Shown piece by piece: positions 1 to 12,030 of a DNA stretch of 64,000 nt. Numbering within the stretch: position 1 is the stretch's first letter; every line of letters starts with the position of its first letter. Both the position numbers and the translations under genes were made by a program. Under the pieces are notes generated by a model, which was given only the letters and a program-made list of their open reading frames with translations, was not told the origin of the DNA and ran no database searches. This DNA comes from Lama glama (Eukaryota), in the NCBI GenBank assembly GCA_028534125.1, contig CM052816.1, positions 45,820,001 through 45,884,000 of the forward strand, written 5' to 3'.

Positions 1-839
1 AGTTGTGCAGGCTAATAGTCTGTTTCTGACAATGAGACCAAATGAATTTGACAGAAAGACCCTTTCATCCTCTATGGAGCAAGCTCAAGGGCCTAGGGAT
101 CTTAGAGTTGAAGCAGAGTTTAAGGAAGGGTTGTCTGGAAAACATGGGATTTACTTGAATTATTTTACTGCATTTTCTGGACTTTTCATTCTGTGAAAAA
201 TTATATATGATTTCCTTCATTAGAAACTTCAAAAGTAAAAACATAAAATAGAACAAAGGCAGAGACACACTGATACCTGGGCAGACTCAAGCCAAGCCAT
301 GGACACTGCTCGGGCACCAGACCTCTCTCATGAGGATGGTGTCCCAGCCCTAAGAGACAGACTGTGATTGTCTACAATCTTTAAAAGTCCCAAAGATTCT
401 ATGGCCTTAGAATCCTTCTGTGAGTCCCTACCAGAACTCTAAGAGCAAAAAAGTCTTCCCAGATAAAGCTCCATCTATTATTTCTTTGACTTCTTTCAGG
501 CATGTATAGCACAGGTAAATTCTGACATTAAGCTCCAGCCAGGTTTAAAGAGCATTCATATCATCAAATAAAAACACTCCGTGTGTGTTTACAAGAGTGT
601 TGTTGAACAGATAAGGATGCTGCCAGCTAACTTGTTTTTGGCCTTATGTTACTTATTCATTAAAATTTATAGGCATTAAGTTGGTAAAAAGTTCCAAGCA
701 AGAAAATTTGCCAAGACTAATGTACTTGTTCTTGATACTTCCGTTTTATATTTGGGAGAACAAACAGATATTGCTGCCTTGTCATTTTTAAAGGCCAAAC
801 AGATGATTGCTATAGGAATTATTTTTGTTTAAAATCGTA

Positions 840-1050
840 TTTTATAGAATCATAAAAATCTTAAAGATAGGAGGTCATGTAATCCAAATAACATTTCTTA
901 AATAGAGATATTTATCAACTTCTTTAATTCATGTCCATGAACTTTGGCTTTCCTAGGGAATTTAGCAAGTTAGAAAGCAGTCTATTCCATGGGTGGCTAA
1001 CTTTAATGGAGAGTTTCCTCCTTAGAGCAAGCTATTCTTTTTTTTCTTCT
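840..1050 (-). mobile_element. L3/CR1 LINE 3' fragment (ancient)
   Basis: atagaatcat...ggaggtcatgtaatccaa...gcagtctattccatgggtggctaactttaat...gtttcctcctt resembles the reverse complement of the L3 3' end; a likely continuation lies at about 1830-1975. Confidence 0.5.
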
Positions 1051-1744
1051 GTATGATCAGGTATGTGTTACTTTTACTTGACTACTATCACAAGTTGTTA
1101 CAAGACCATTGATGAACCAAACCATCCCAGGTGCTTAAAATCATGGAGGCACTGTATTTTTCAAGCAGAGAAATGAAAAATCAGCTTCTTTCTTTTGGTT
1201 AATATCCTTGTAAGTTTATACTTTGAGCACCAGTGCAACCCAACAGAGAGCAGTGATAGATTAAAATTGATTAGACAAAGTTCAGAAGACCTTGTCTGCC
1301 TCAAAAGTAAGCATCCCAAGGAGCAATGTGGCAAATGGTGCTGAAACCATGAGCTTATTGATTCTAGTGCTTCTCCAGACAGATGGAAACAAACAGGCCA
1401 CATAAGATTAACTGGACTCCTATGCAAGAGAGTAGCAGGAATCAATCTCACTGGATAAAATTTGAGGCTAGTACAACCTCTCCCTTCACCCATTCTACCC
1501 TAACATATGAAAGACATGCAAGAAAAAAATGACAAAAACTTTTTATTTTTTAAGATTATCAAAATTTAGATCTTCTATGCCTTTACTGACTGCGGAACTT
1601 CTTACTCCCATTTCATGTCCTACACACATGTCTAGCACAGCACCTACAACAGGAGTGTATCTCCTGGCCAACAGGTTTAGCTCCCTTGACAATGTTGTGT
1701 TTCTTGGTGTCAGATGCCATATTACTCAACTCTGGATAGATGAT

Positions 1745-1803
1745 AGCCTAGTTCTTGGCACTGAGGAGGTACTTCATTTATATTTATTGGATGAAGGAAG
1801 GAA
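1745..1803 (+). mobile_element. L2 3' terminus fragment
   Basis: cctagttcttggcactgaggaggtacttcatttatatttattggatgaa matches the L2 tail pattern (cctggcacatagtaggtgctcaataaatatttgttgaatgaa). Confidence 0.5.
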
Positions 1804-3228
1804 AGGAGACGACATTCTCTTATTGCAAGACACTTACTCCTCTTTCTGAGCAGCAACTTTCTCTGAGATATTAACTCATCTTGTTTGGCTTAAACTCTGC
1901 GGTTCTTCATGCCCTCTAGCTTTGAAATCTTGTCTCCCAGAGCTCAAAACATAAGAGTACAATGTGTGACTCAAACTCAGTAAGTAAATCAATCCTAGAA
2001 GTCAGAAGATACGCTTCATAACAGCTTGTTTTGTGACTTGACTTTATTGTTCACCGGGGTAAAAAAGTTAAAGAATGATCCAACACATTGTATATAACCA
2101 TTACCACTGAAGCAATCTGAATTGCTTTCTGTGAGTACACTGTCACTGATCTAATTTTTGGTAAATGTTAAGCAGGTTGCTGTGCTAAAAATACATTGAG
2201 ATAAAACCATGGATTAAGAAAGATGTTCTAAATCCAATCTTGTAATTTTCATTTAATGGGTCTAAATTCCTTGAAGTCTCAGACTTTAAAATTGACTTGC
2301 AAAGATCTTAAGTTGTGGCTCTGAATCCCTTCGGAGGAGATGCTTATGAATATTAACTGTACTTTAGGATGCACCGTGTTGGTACAAGACTCATTTGAGC
2401 ACAGAATTAGTGAGAGATGAATGATGAATAATGGGCTCAGTGTGTGGAGTTTAGATATTTGAAAGAACAGACTCTGTATGGTATTGTAAAATGTCTTGTA
2501 GCTTCATTTCTGATTTTGAAATGTTACAGTGCTTGCTTATTGTCACAGCATGATCTTCAGCACAGTTGGGTAGTGCTTTTTTAAAGTAATGCAAATGCAT
2601 GAGTGTCAGAAATACTTTCAGATATCGGGGACTGCATCTTTAAGGAGTGCATTTGGCATTAAACAGCCTTTTCCAGCTAATGAATTTCTCAAGTTACAAG
2701 AATAATGGCCTTTTTAATCTTAGCAAGAGTAATTAAACAGACATTTGTTATTAATGATGTTGTTAATGGCAGAAGATACTGAATTCTCACTTTAGACATT
2801 ACATTGGTTGAGAGAGATTATTTTGAATATCAGACATATGAATGTATGATGGTTTTAAAAGGACAACATCTCCTTAAGAGCATTGTAAAGTACTAGTTAT
2901 TTAAAGTAGGAAAAAAAAAACCTGTCTTAACTTTTGTTAATGCCAAGAAAACTAAATATTTCCAAACTGAGTCAGAACTAACTCTTAGGGACAAAGAACA
3001 TTTGTTTGATTAGTTCTACTTACCTGTTGAAATGGTGTTTTTCTTGTGTTAAGATAGATATGTGGCAGCCCACAGCTTGAGAAACAATTACTCACTCAGT
3101 CTGCTTAAAAATAGAAACACAGATGATATTGGGTGGCTACACTATGTTCATTTCCCTTTCCTAACAATTCCTTGATTCTGTTCAGAAATCCATTTGATCG
3201 CCAGCTTTGGGAGGGTTTCCTAATTAAT

Positions 3229-3330
3229 CCATTCATTCATTCAGCAAATATTTACTAAGTGCCAATTATGGCTAGGGCACTGTTCTATATACTGGAAGTA
3301 TAACTATGAAAATAGAATAAGATAATATAA
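3229..3330 (-). mobile_element. L2 3' terminus fragment
   Basis: cattcattcattcagcaaatatttactaagtgccaattatggctagggcactgttct is an antisense L2 tail. Confidence 0.65.
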
Positions 3331-3389
3331 GACAAAAACAAATAACACAAACAAAAGCAATATTAAAAAAAAGATAAAAATCCCGACCT

Positions 3390-3800
3390 GCTGTGATTGG
3401 GGTTAATGAATTAATCAAGGTAGAGCCAGTCAGACCACAGCATCCCCTGCTGATTCTCATGGTTGAGTGCTAGTGCTGGGCATGTGGGCCAAATGACCCC
3501 AGTCAGCCCAGAGAGCAAGGCTTTTATCACTGCTTGCGGGAAAGAAACATTTTTTTTCCCTCTCTCCTAATAAACATAGACAAAGCAGCAGTCAGGCCAA
3601 GTTGCCACTGGCAGCTCTTGTGTGACTGTGAGGGAATCCAGGCTTAGGATGAATCAGAACTTAAGGACCTAAGTGGAGGTTTCCACTGACTGCTTAAAAA
3701 ATGGCTGAACAGATATAAATTTTTTAATTAAATACCTTTGTGGCATATATGAATTTCTGTTTTCTTTATTATAAGCATGTAAATTATGCCTTGATCTTAA
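3390..3800 (+). mobile_element. ERV-L class LTR (LTR16-like), probable 5' LTR
   Basis: gggcatgtgggccaaatgaccccagtcag-type motif typical of ancient ERVL LTRs; lies directly upstream of ERV-L gag-like sequence. Confidence 0.5.
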
Positions 3801-4970
3801 TGCTATTGAGGACAAATAAAAGATGTTTTGGGAATTTGAGAATCAGGCTAATGGGTGTATTTAGAGCAGTCATATTGAAGGAGCTGCAAGGATGAGCTCA
3901 CATGGATTGTTAGGCGTCATGGGATTGGATTTTGAGGGTGCCTGATCAAGGGGGTCAGTATATAAGACTAGATAAACAAGAATTCATTAACTTAAGGGCA
4001 TTGTATCTTCCCAAGGGATTTAACATTCTGTCAAGGACCCCAGGGGAAGAGGAAAACTCATTGCTGGAGTGCATTTTTGAAGCCTGGATATAGTGATGGC
4101 CCAAACTGGATAAAATAAAATGGCTAAATGGTGATGGCAGATGGTGGAAAAAGTGGGTAAAAGGCTCAAGAAGTGGGCATGCTGGAATGCATGTATTATG
4201 TAAGGTCAAAAGACCTGCCGGAGGATTATGTTATGTTACAGCAAGGGCCTGGGGAACACGTCATTCACTTGGGCTATCGGAATTTCATTGTTGAGGGGAG
4301 TATCAGCGCATCTCTGTGAAGTTTAGTGGTGGCTTTTCTCTGCAGGCCAGGCTGATGGCAGAAGTGGGAGTCACTGAGTTGAGATCTTCACCAACTCATG
4401 AGGATGCTGGGTCTCTGGGGCAATGCAGCTGAGGTGTCAGTGCTTAACCAGTAAAATCTGGGGAGGGTACAATCATTTTAAGAATTGGCAAGGTCAGAGG
4501 GACAGCCAAGAAGTCTATCCATAGGGAAGTGTGGTAGTTAATAGAATATGGCTTTCCTAGGTCAAAATAGACAGATAATACATGAGCTACTTAATATATA
4601 TACAATAAAAAGAAAAACAGATGAGAAAGTATCTGAGGGGCAATGCTCCAAAGGGAAGCTACATTCTCTTGCCCAATTTTGAGACCTGAGTTTTCAGACA
4701 CAGAATCCAGTGACTGATGAGGTGGTTGGATACTTCAGAGAATCCTTGGCAATACAGTATCAAGTGTATACTATAATGATTCCCCTGATCTGTCCCCAAG
4801 AGGATCTATGAATATTTACTTAAGTGTCCATGCACTGTGGAAAGGTGAATACCAGACATTTCCAGGGTGATTTGACACAAGGTCTGAACTGACACTGAGA
4901 CCTAGAGACCTGAAGAATTATCCTGTCCCTGTTAGGGTAGGTGGAATACAAGGGCCAAATACTCATGCAT
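3800..4970 (+). mobile_element. ERV-L (HERV16/ERV3-16A3-like) internal relic: degenerate gag and protease
   Basis: 3920-4090 translates WDWILRVPDQGGQYIRLDKQEFINLRALYLPKGFNILSRTPGEEENSLLECIFEAWI, then TAG TGA, then WPKL; after frameshifts EVGMLECMYYVR follows (ERV-L gag WEWILRV.D.GG.NI.LD..EFI...REIGMLEW). 4874 onward reads DTRSELTLRPRDLK (ERV-L protease DTGSELTLIPGDPK). Confidence 0.85.
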
Positions 4971-6147
4971 GATACTGACTTCATCTTCCTTCTCTGCTCC
5001 ATGTCACAAACCTAGACTGTGTCTGTGGCCTCAAAGAGATGCAAGTCAGGAAGCTATGAATCCAACAGTCTTGCTTGTGTGTAGAAGTGGCCCAATTCCT
5101 TGAGCAGAAGTCTTATGATTTACATTTTTACAGCTGAAACAACAGTGCTGGTCACATAGAAGTACTGGTCACGTACGGGTGGTATTAACTGAACTAAACT
5201 GTGTAAGGTGGTTGTGTTGAGAAGCACTTGTCTTCAGTGTTTTAATAAATAACTCTGAGCTGTTGTTAGTCATTTTTATTACAAATATGACTTAGATAGT
5301 GGAATGATTTGACATTCTCAATGAAATTTCTTCCAAGCCAGATACTCAATGGGAAATGATTTTTCTGTGGTAAGGAAGTACTTTAGTCAAGCTTGGAGGC
5401 ATCTCCCATAGTGACATGTGATAGTGTATGCTTCCTTTGGCTTTTAAATCTTTTTATCTTTATAGCTCCTGAGGGGGTGGAAAATGAGCAAGCTTTAACA
5501 AATCCACCAAGCTCTGGAGAATAGAGTTTACAGAGTGTTGAATTATGTGCCTCTTTGAATCCATGATTTCAAGCTCGCCTGCCTCTGTTTCCAGCCGACA
5601 CATTCCAGGAAGCACTGGTCTGCATTGCATTTTCTCATCAGGGAACTCAGCCATCTTAGTTTCAGGGTCATTTGAATCACATGATTAACCTGATTCTTTT
5701 TTCATTTTCCAAAATATCACAAATAGGGCCTTTTTTTTTGTTTTTGTTTTTTTTTAAGAAGGGAAAAAAATCTGGCTTCAGTTGTTAATTTCCTCTGTTC
5801 TGTCAAGATTAGGCCAGTAGTTCTGAGTAATTCTGGCTCATTTTCTCAAGGGACTAAGCCTGAAATAATCCAGTGTTTATTTTTATACAAATTCTCACAG
5901 TACTACAACATTTCAGTGACTTCCTGGGATGTTTCTAGTTTTTCACAGGCCAAGAGGCCATTCTCAGAGGTAGCTCCTTCATGTAAACCTAAAAATGGCA
6001 CTTTCCCACATTATAGTTTATCAGGAAGTTTAAAGTTCAGTAGTCCTCCTCTCTTTTCTTTCTCATCACAGAGAAAGGAAAAAATAAGGGGCAGTTCCAG
6101 CATCTTAGCTCATTCCATTTCAGTATTTTGGAACCTGGGAAAGGGGC

Positions 6148-6350
6148 AGGGAGATTGTAGTGTATCTTGGCTAAGAGATGGCTGGACTGGGAAACAGGAC
6201 TCTCTGTCATTCCCTGTGTCACTCTCTGTGTGACCCTGACCTCTTCCCAGCATTCCTGACCCCACCTCTAACTTGGGGAAAATGATACATGTCATGTAAC
6301 TCACAGCATTCTCCCAAAGTCATGAGATACTAAGCTGAAAAAACGGGAAT
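6148..6350 (+). mobile_element. Highly diverged MIR-family (CORE) SINE
   Basis: gtagtgtatcttggctaagagatggctggactgggaaacaggactc...ctgtgtgaccctg...ttggggaaaatgatac...tgagatactaagctgaaaa follows the MIR head-core-tail order. Confidence 0.45.
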
Positions 6351-7477
6351 TATGTTTGGAAGGCCAACACCATATTCTGCACACGTGGGTCTCAATCTGC
6401 CTTTCTGGATTTGCCCTCCACTGCAGTTTCTCAAGAACCCTCACTTTCAGCCCAGAGAGTGGACTCACTGTCTCTTCTACATAATGTACAATACTCTACC
6501 TCTACCCCTTTCTTCAGTGTCTACTGCTGCTTCTCAGCCTATTTAAGCTCAATCCAAATGCAGTTCTTCAGTTCAGCCTTACTCTTTTCTTTCCTCTCAA
6601 ACTCCCTTGATATTTCACTTGCATACAAATTTGTTGCTATTGTATTTGTAGAATCTATTATAACTTTTTTTTTTGGTGTCCTTTATCTCTTCTAATACTA
6701 GGTGAGAACTGGAAGCACTTGAATAGTCTGAGCAAATAATTTTTAGGTCAGCTCTTTAGCCTTTCAAATTGGATTTTCATTTCGTGACTCTCTGTAGACA
6801 CACACACATTGTTGAAGTTGCATACCAAAATGTGATTATGGTATATGCGTTAGCATAGAAAGTGGACAGTAGAAAGATCTGTTCAAAATATTTAGCCTAG
6901 AATGTTAAATTCAACCCTAGAAGGCAAAAAAATCACTTAGCTGTGTCAGGTTCAGAGCTATATTTAAATTTATTGTTCCATAACAAGTCTAGTCTCTTTC
7001 AGTGTATTGTTCTCTGTACAAGGTCTCCCTGTAACCATGCATTATAATAGACTGTTGCCAGCACTCTCAAAGTTTCAGAGATGGATTCTTGATTACTTGC
7101 TTCCTGCCCCAGGGATTCTTGCTGTTAGGATTGTCATTAAACAAAGCAGCCTCCCTGGCATTGTATTCTGACAAACAATTTGCACCTTTGTAAACTGATT
7201 AACAGAGTGAGTTTGTTTTGATAATTGATCCTTGACTTGTATTTTAAAGGACAGCAAAATTTTAAACAACTTCTATATTTGTTACAAATGCTTTTCCTGG
7301 AATTAAAAAAATAACAATTTAGAAACTTTAGTAAAAAAAAAATCATGAAACAAATTAAGACTGGAGACCATTATTTCAATTATTATGGATTTGAATTAAC
7401 GTGATGACCAGCCCAGCTTCAGACTTTGTCTTCTTAAAGTCATCCCCTCCCTTCAATCCACAGTGAATGATGGGATC

Positions 7478-7980
7478 TTTTTTTTTATTGAAGTATAGTT
7501 GATTTATAATATTAGTTTCAGGTATACAGCATAGTGATTCAATATTTTTATAGATTATATTCCATAAATTTATTACAAAATAATGACTATATTTCCCTGT
7601 GCTGTATAACATATCCTTGTTGCTTATCTATTTTATACATAGTAGTTTGTATTTATTAATCCCATACCCCTATATTGTCTGTCTTCTCTTCCCTCTCTCT
7701 ATTAGTACCCACTAGTTTGTTTCTGTATCTGTGAGTCTGTTTGTTTTGTTGCATACATTCATTTGTTTTATTTTTTAGGTTCTACATATAAGTGATAACA
7801 TAGAGTATTTGTCTTTTTGTATCTGACTTATTTCACAAGCATAATTCTCTTTAGGGCCATCCATGTTGCAAATGGTACAATTTCATTTTTTGTGGCTGGG
7901 TACTATTCCATTGTGTGTATGTATGTGTGTATGTATGTGTATATACACCACATCATCTTTATCCATTCATCTGTTGATAG
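7478..7980 (-). mobile_element. L1 3' UTR fragment, 5'-truncated (cetartiodactyl-type)
   Basis: poly-T then attgaagtatagttgatttataatattagtttcaggtatacagcatagtgattca...ccattcatctgttgat; internal (TGTA)n at about 7914-7945. Confidence 0.9.
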
Positions 7981-9269
7981 GCTTTTTGGCATAGAGGAAA
8001 TGGCCCTTATGCAGTACCGCACACAGTGCAAATTTTATAGTCTGAAGTATTATTACTGTGAACTAGTCTGTCTGAAGACCAACATCAGAATCTTCGTTGT
8101 TTAACTTGATTTAAAAAAAATGCTTCATATTGACAACTATTCTTCACTTAATACTCCAAGTCAGTAATTCTTCTGTCTGTCATGCAGGCTTTGGCAAGTA
8201 AGAGGGAGAGATGTTCATGGGATCATTTAACAGCCATTCATTTAATTCTCCTGTTTTCTGGTGTTTAATTACATTTTGTTTACTAGGTTTTTCTATTTTT
8301 TGTGTTTGTTTTCAATAGCTATGGGGACATTTATACAAATAACAGATATCAAAGAGTTCCAAATAAAAAAAAGAAGCTGAAAGTAAAAGGATTAGGGATA
8401 GTAACTGATGTATTTGGCACAGGTAGAAAATTTGGGTAACTGGTCATTTTGGTGGCTTGATGAAGTCATTGTATTTTTTTACCAGGAAAGAGTGTTTATA
8501 TCTATATCTATATGTAGATATAGATACAGTACATTTTAAGAATACATATATTGGTACAGTACATTTTAAAAATGGGAGGGAGATTTTTAAAGCTGTTGAG
8601 AGTTAACATGACATTAGCCCTTAATAATAAAAAAGACTGCTCTTTCCACTCTAAAGTGACTCCAGGATTGGAGTCCTGTTCCACAAACATTTGCGGGAAG
8701 TGTGACTAAACATGGTTGTAAACAGACTTAAAATGACAAACATTGTGCCACATAAAAAAATTTATTTTCAATATTTCTTGAGGTAACAAAAGGAGGAAAA
8801 GCGTAGATTTTCATTCCATAGTGTATAACATTATTATAAAGGGCTGAAAAATACATGATTCTGACATCTTGAACTCAAATTCCCCTAGGAAATGGCCAGA
8901 GATGGATTTTCATAGAATCAAATTCCCATTTTAAAATCTTTATAAGCATTTTTCTTCTTATTATTATTCAGGTAGTAGGCCTTTGGGCATTGCTTAGGAA
9001 AGCAGAGTGAAAGGGTGTATGTTCTTAACTGGCTAATGGAAAATTGAGATAAACGAAAGAGTTGCTTAAATATAGATTTTTCTCCTCACATAATTTCTCT
9101 CATTAAAATGCTTTTAATATTCTGTATTCTGATTTTCCTGAAGGAAATATTGTTCTACAAGTTTCCAATGAGACATGCTAAAAATAATGTCTGTGACAGA
9201 AATGTTAATTTCCTATCTAAATAATTAAATTTAAAACTATTGCATCTTATATTTCAAAAAAGATCATTA

Positions 9270-9400
9270 GATTCTTTCCCTTAAGGGAAAACAGACCCAG
9301 AGAACATAAAAACTTGACAAACGTCACAGAGCTAACAATCAATAGTCAGGGTTGGGTTAAACCCAAGTCACTTATCTCTTCTCTAGTTCTCTTTCGAAAC
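9270..9400 (-). mobile_element. MIR fragment
   Basis: aaacagacccagagaacataaaaacttgacaaacgtcacagagcta...gggttaaacccaagtc is an antisense MIR core. Confidence 0.55.
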
Positions 9401-10084
9401 GTTGTGCTGAGCCATCACTGCTTATTTAAAAGGCTGCCTTCTTTGATTCCTTTGTAAGAGAGAAGTCTTGTTGAAGTCTGCATACAGGACATACAGCACA
9501 GTAATTTAATAGAATGTTGGCAACCATATAGGAGTCCATTAGGTTAGATTTAGGTTGTGGGACATTTTGATTTTTATTTAGTAGATTTTTATTCTGTGTA
9601 GGTTACAATGTTGTGTATGGGCTGGAAAATACATGATTATAATTTTTGTTGGGAATCCCAGAACATACTTGGCCTTATATCAAATTATGAAGTAAATTAA
9701 ATTTTTCTTTAAAAAATCTTCAGTTTTTCCCTTAGTGTCATTCCTTTCACCATTACTATAGGGTCTTTGATCGGGACCTACTACCTTTTTATTTCTATTT
9801 GACTCAGTTAAATTCATTAACATTAATTAATCTACTCTCTATAGACACTGTGCTTAACATTTGAAGAAGACAAAAATTAGAACATTGGACTATCGTGAAA
9901 GATCTGGGGTACAGTATACTCTTGGGTACAATGTGGCTTGAATATCACTTTTTCTAACTTTCTTGTTTTATAAATCAAAACATGGGTTCTAGGTCCTTCT
10001 CTGCCAATTCCATGCAACAATTACCAACTGTTCCAAGTTTGTATTTTTGAAACCCATTTGTCACCTCTATTGGGCAGCATAGTG

Positions 10085-11461
10085 CAGTTGTTCTCAAATG
10101 TTTTGAACTCAGGAGTCTTTTATAGTCTTAAAACTTACTGAGGATCAAAAAGAACTTTTGTTTTTGTGAATACTATGCACCAATATATGCCATTTAGAAA
10201 TTAATTCTGGGAAAGTTTAAAACTGTTTATGAATTAATTTAAAATAACATTAAAGCCACTACTTCATATAAATATAAAGTACCAACATATTTTTATGAAA
10301 AAATACCTACATATTTAATGAGAAGAATGGCATTATTTTACATATTTGTAAATATCTTTAATGTCAGTTAATAGAAAACTACCTCTTCTGCATTCAATCT
10401 GTAGTTATATGTTTTCTTGGTTAAGTATATCAAGAAAATTGAGTCTCACAAACATAGTTAGAAAAGGAGAGATGTTCTAACTAGCGTTTTTAGATAATTA
10501 TGAATATTCTTCTTTGATATTACACCAAAACTCAACAAGTGGTAATGATTTCTTAAAGGTTATTTGAAACCTTTGATAGTAGAAGATGAAACCATAGCAA
10601 GAAATTTCCATACTTGTTACTTTAAAATCCATCAGTCTATCTTACATTTTAAGCTTACCTTTTACCCATATGTGATTTCATAACACAATTATTGATGATT
10701 TGGAAAATACTGATTTACTAAGCTATGCATATCTACCAAATGTTGACACACTTTATTATACAATATCAATAAAGCACATTCATTACTGTCACCAACAATT
10801 TATCACAAAAGTTTTTATATCTTGGGAAGTTGCCATGGTGATAGATACAAATTTTCCAAAATTCTAAGTTCTGCTTGAAAGCTTAAATTTTAACTTTGGC
10901 AAAAATACTGTCCAGATAATTTTCACTGAAGTAATAAAGTCATTTTTGTCCTTTTAAAGAGAATGTCTGTCAAATAAGTAAATCTGAATAATCAAAGTTC
11001 ATTCTTTCAAGTAAGAATTGTGTTCCACGAAAAGTGGCTAGCTCAGTGGAAAGTTAAACAATTATACAGTGTTTTTCCCAGAAACAACTACTACCCTTCA
11101 ATATGCAGAAAGGTTTTAGGTGTACTTCTCATTTTGTCACACAGAATATTAAAAAGATGTGTACTCAAGACTTGAAATTTAATGAAGCTGGCTTTTTATT
11201 TTTATGTTTTATCATGAGTGTGGCAGTGACAAATACAATGACTACTAATACAGCTTGTTACCACTACTTTGATTCACTCAAAGGTGCCACCAGTTTACCC
11301 ACCATATTTCTTTTGCACCGTTAGTGAAAACATCAACAGAGTTAACAACTACAACAACAAAAAAACTCTTAAGATTATGAGAGAATTAGTTTTGAGCTTA
11401 TGGACCTGAAAAGGAATCAGGGATCCCCTGAGCTCCATGGGCCATACTTTGGCAACTCTTG
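10085..11461 (-). mobile_element. Charlie1a-like hAT DNA transposon (internally deleted, about 1.4 kb)
   Basis: Ends cagttgttctcaaa... and ...tttggcaactcttg are degenerate TIRs. The minus strand near 10690-10740 reads LVDMHSLVNQYFPNHQ, a Charlie transposase C-terminal remnant. Confidence 0.85.
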
Positions 11462-11575
11462 CTAAAGTAGACAGAACACCATATTGGAATACATTCTAGC
11501 CTGATAATTATTGGCTGTTATGATTATGAAAAAAAATGCTTTTCCAGGCCTCAGTTATTTACAAAATGATAGGTA
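11462..11575 (+). mobile_element. MIR (3' part; its 5' head is at 10072-10084, split by Charlie1a)
   Basis: gtagacagaacac...ttattggctg...ggcctcagttatttacaaaatg continues gggcagcatagtg on the other side of Charlie1a. Confidence 0.5.
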
Positions 11576-11909
11576 GTGGAAATCTTTATCTCTTAAATTC
11601 CCCCTTTTTTTTTTTTCTGATTTTCTTTTGTTTGCTTCCATGTTGCCATTACCTGGCAGGGCAGAGTAATTCTGAGTCTTGAAAATATTCATTTACCTGC
11701 TAATCAAGTTGCAATTTGTGTCAAATAAGAAACCAAGAATGTTAATTTGTTTTAATGGTGTGCCATTTAGGGATGGGAAAGTCATTTCTTTATGATTTTT
11801 CTTTTAAAATATGAAATAATTTTCAAACTTTTCGCTATTCTGTGATTATGATTTTTATACTTTTATATTTTTGTATTATTTTAATTTTTGTACAAGGATC
11901 CGAGGCCTC

Positions 11910-12030
11910 CTAACAGTAATCATTGTAACCAATTATTGAACAAATATGTTAGGCAGTATGCTAAGCTACTTTATTGTCATTATTTTATTTAACATTCTGA
12001 AGTGATCAATAAAATAGTGAATTTCTCCCT
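11910..12030 (-). mobile_element. MIR 3' fragment
   Basis: attattgaacaaatatgttaggcagtatgctaagctactttattgtcattattttatttaac. Confidence 0.45.
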
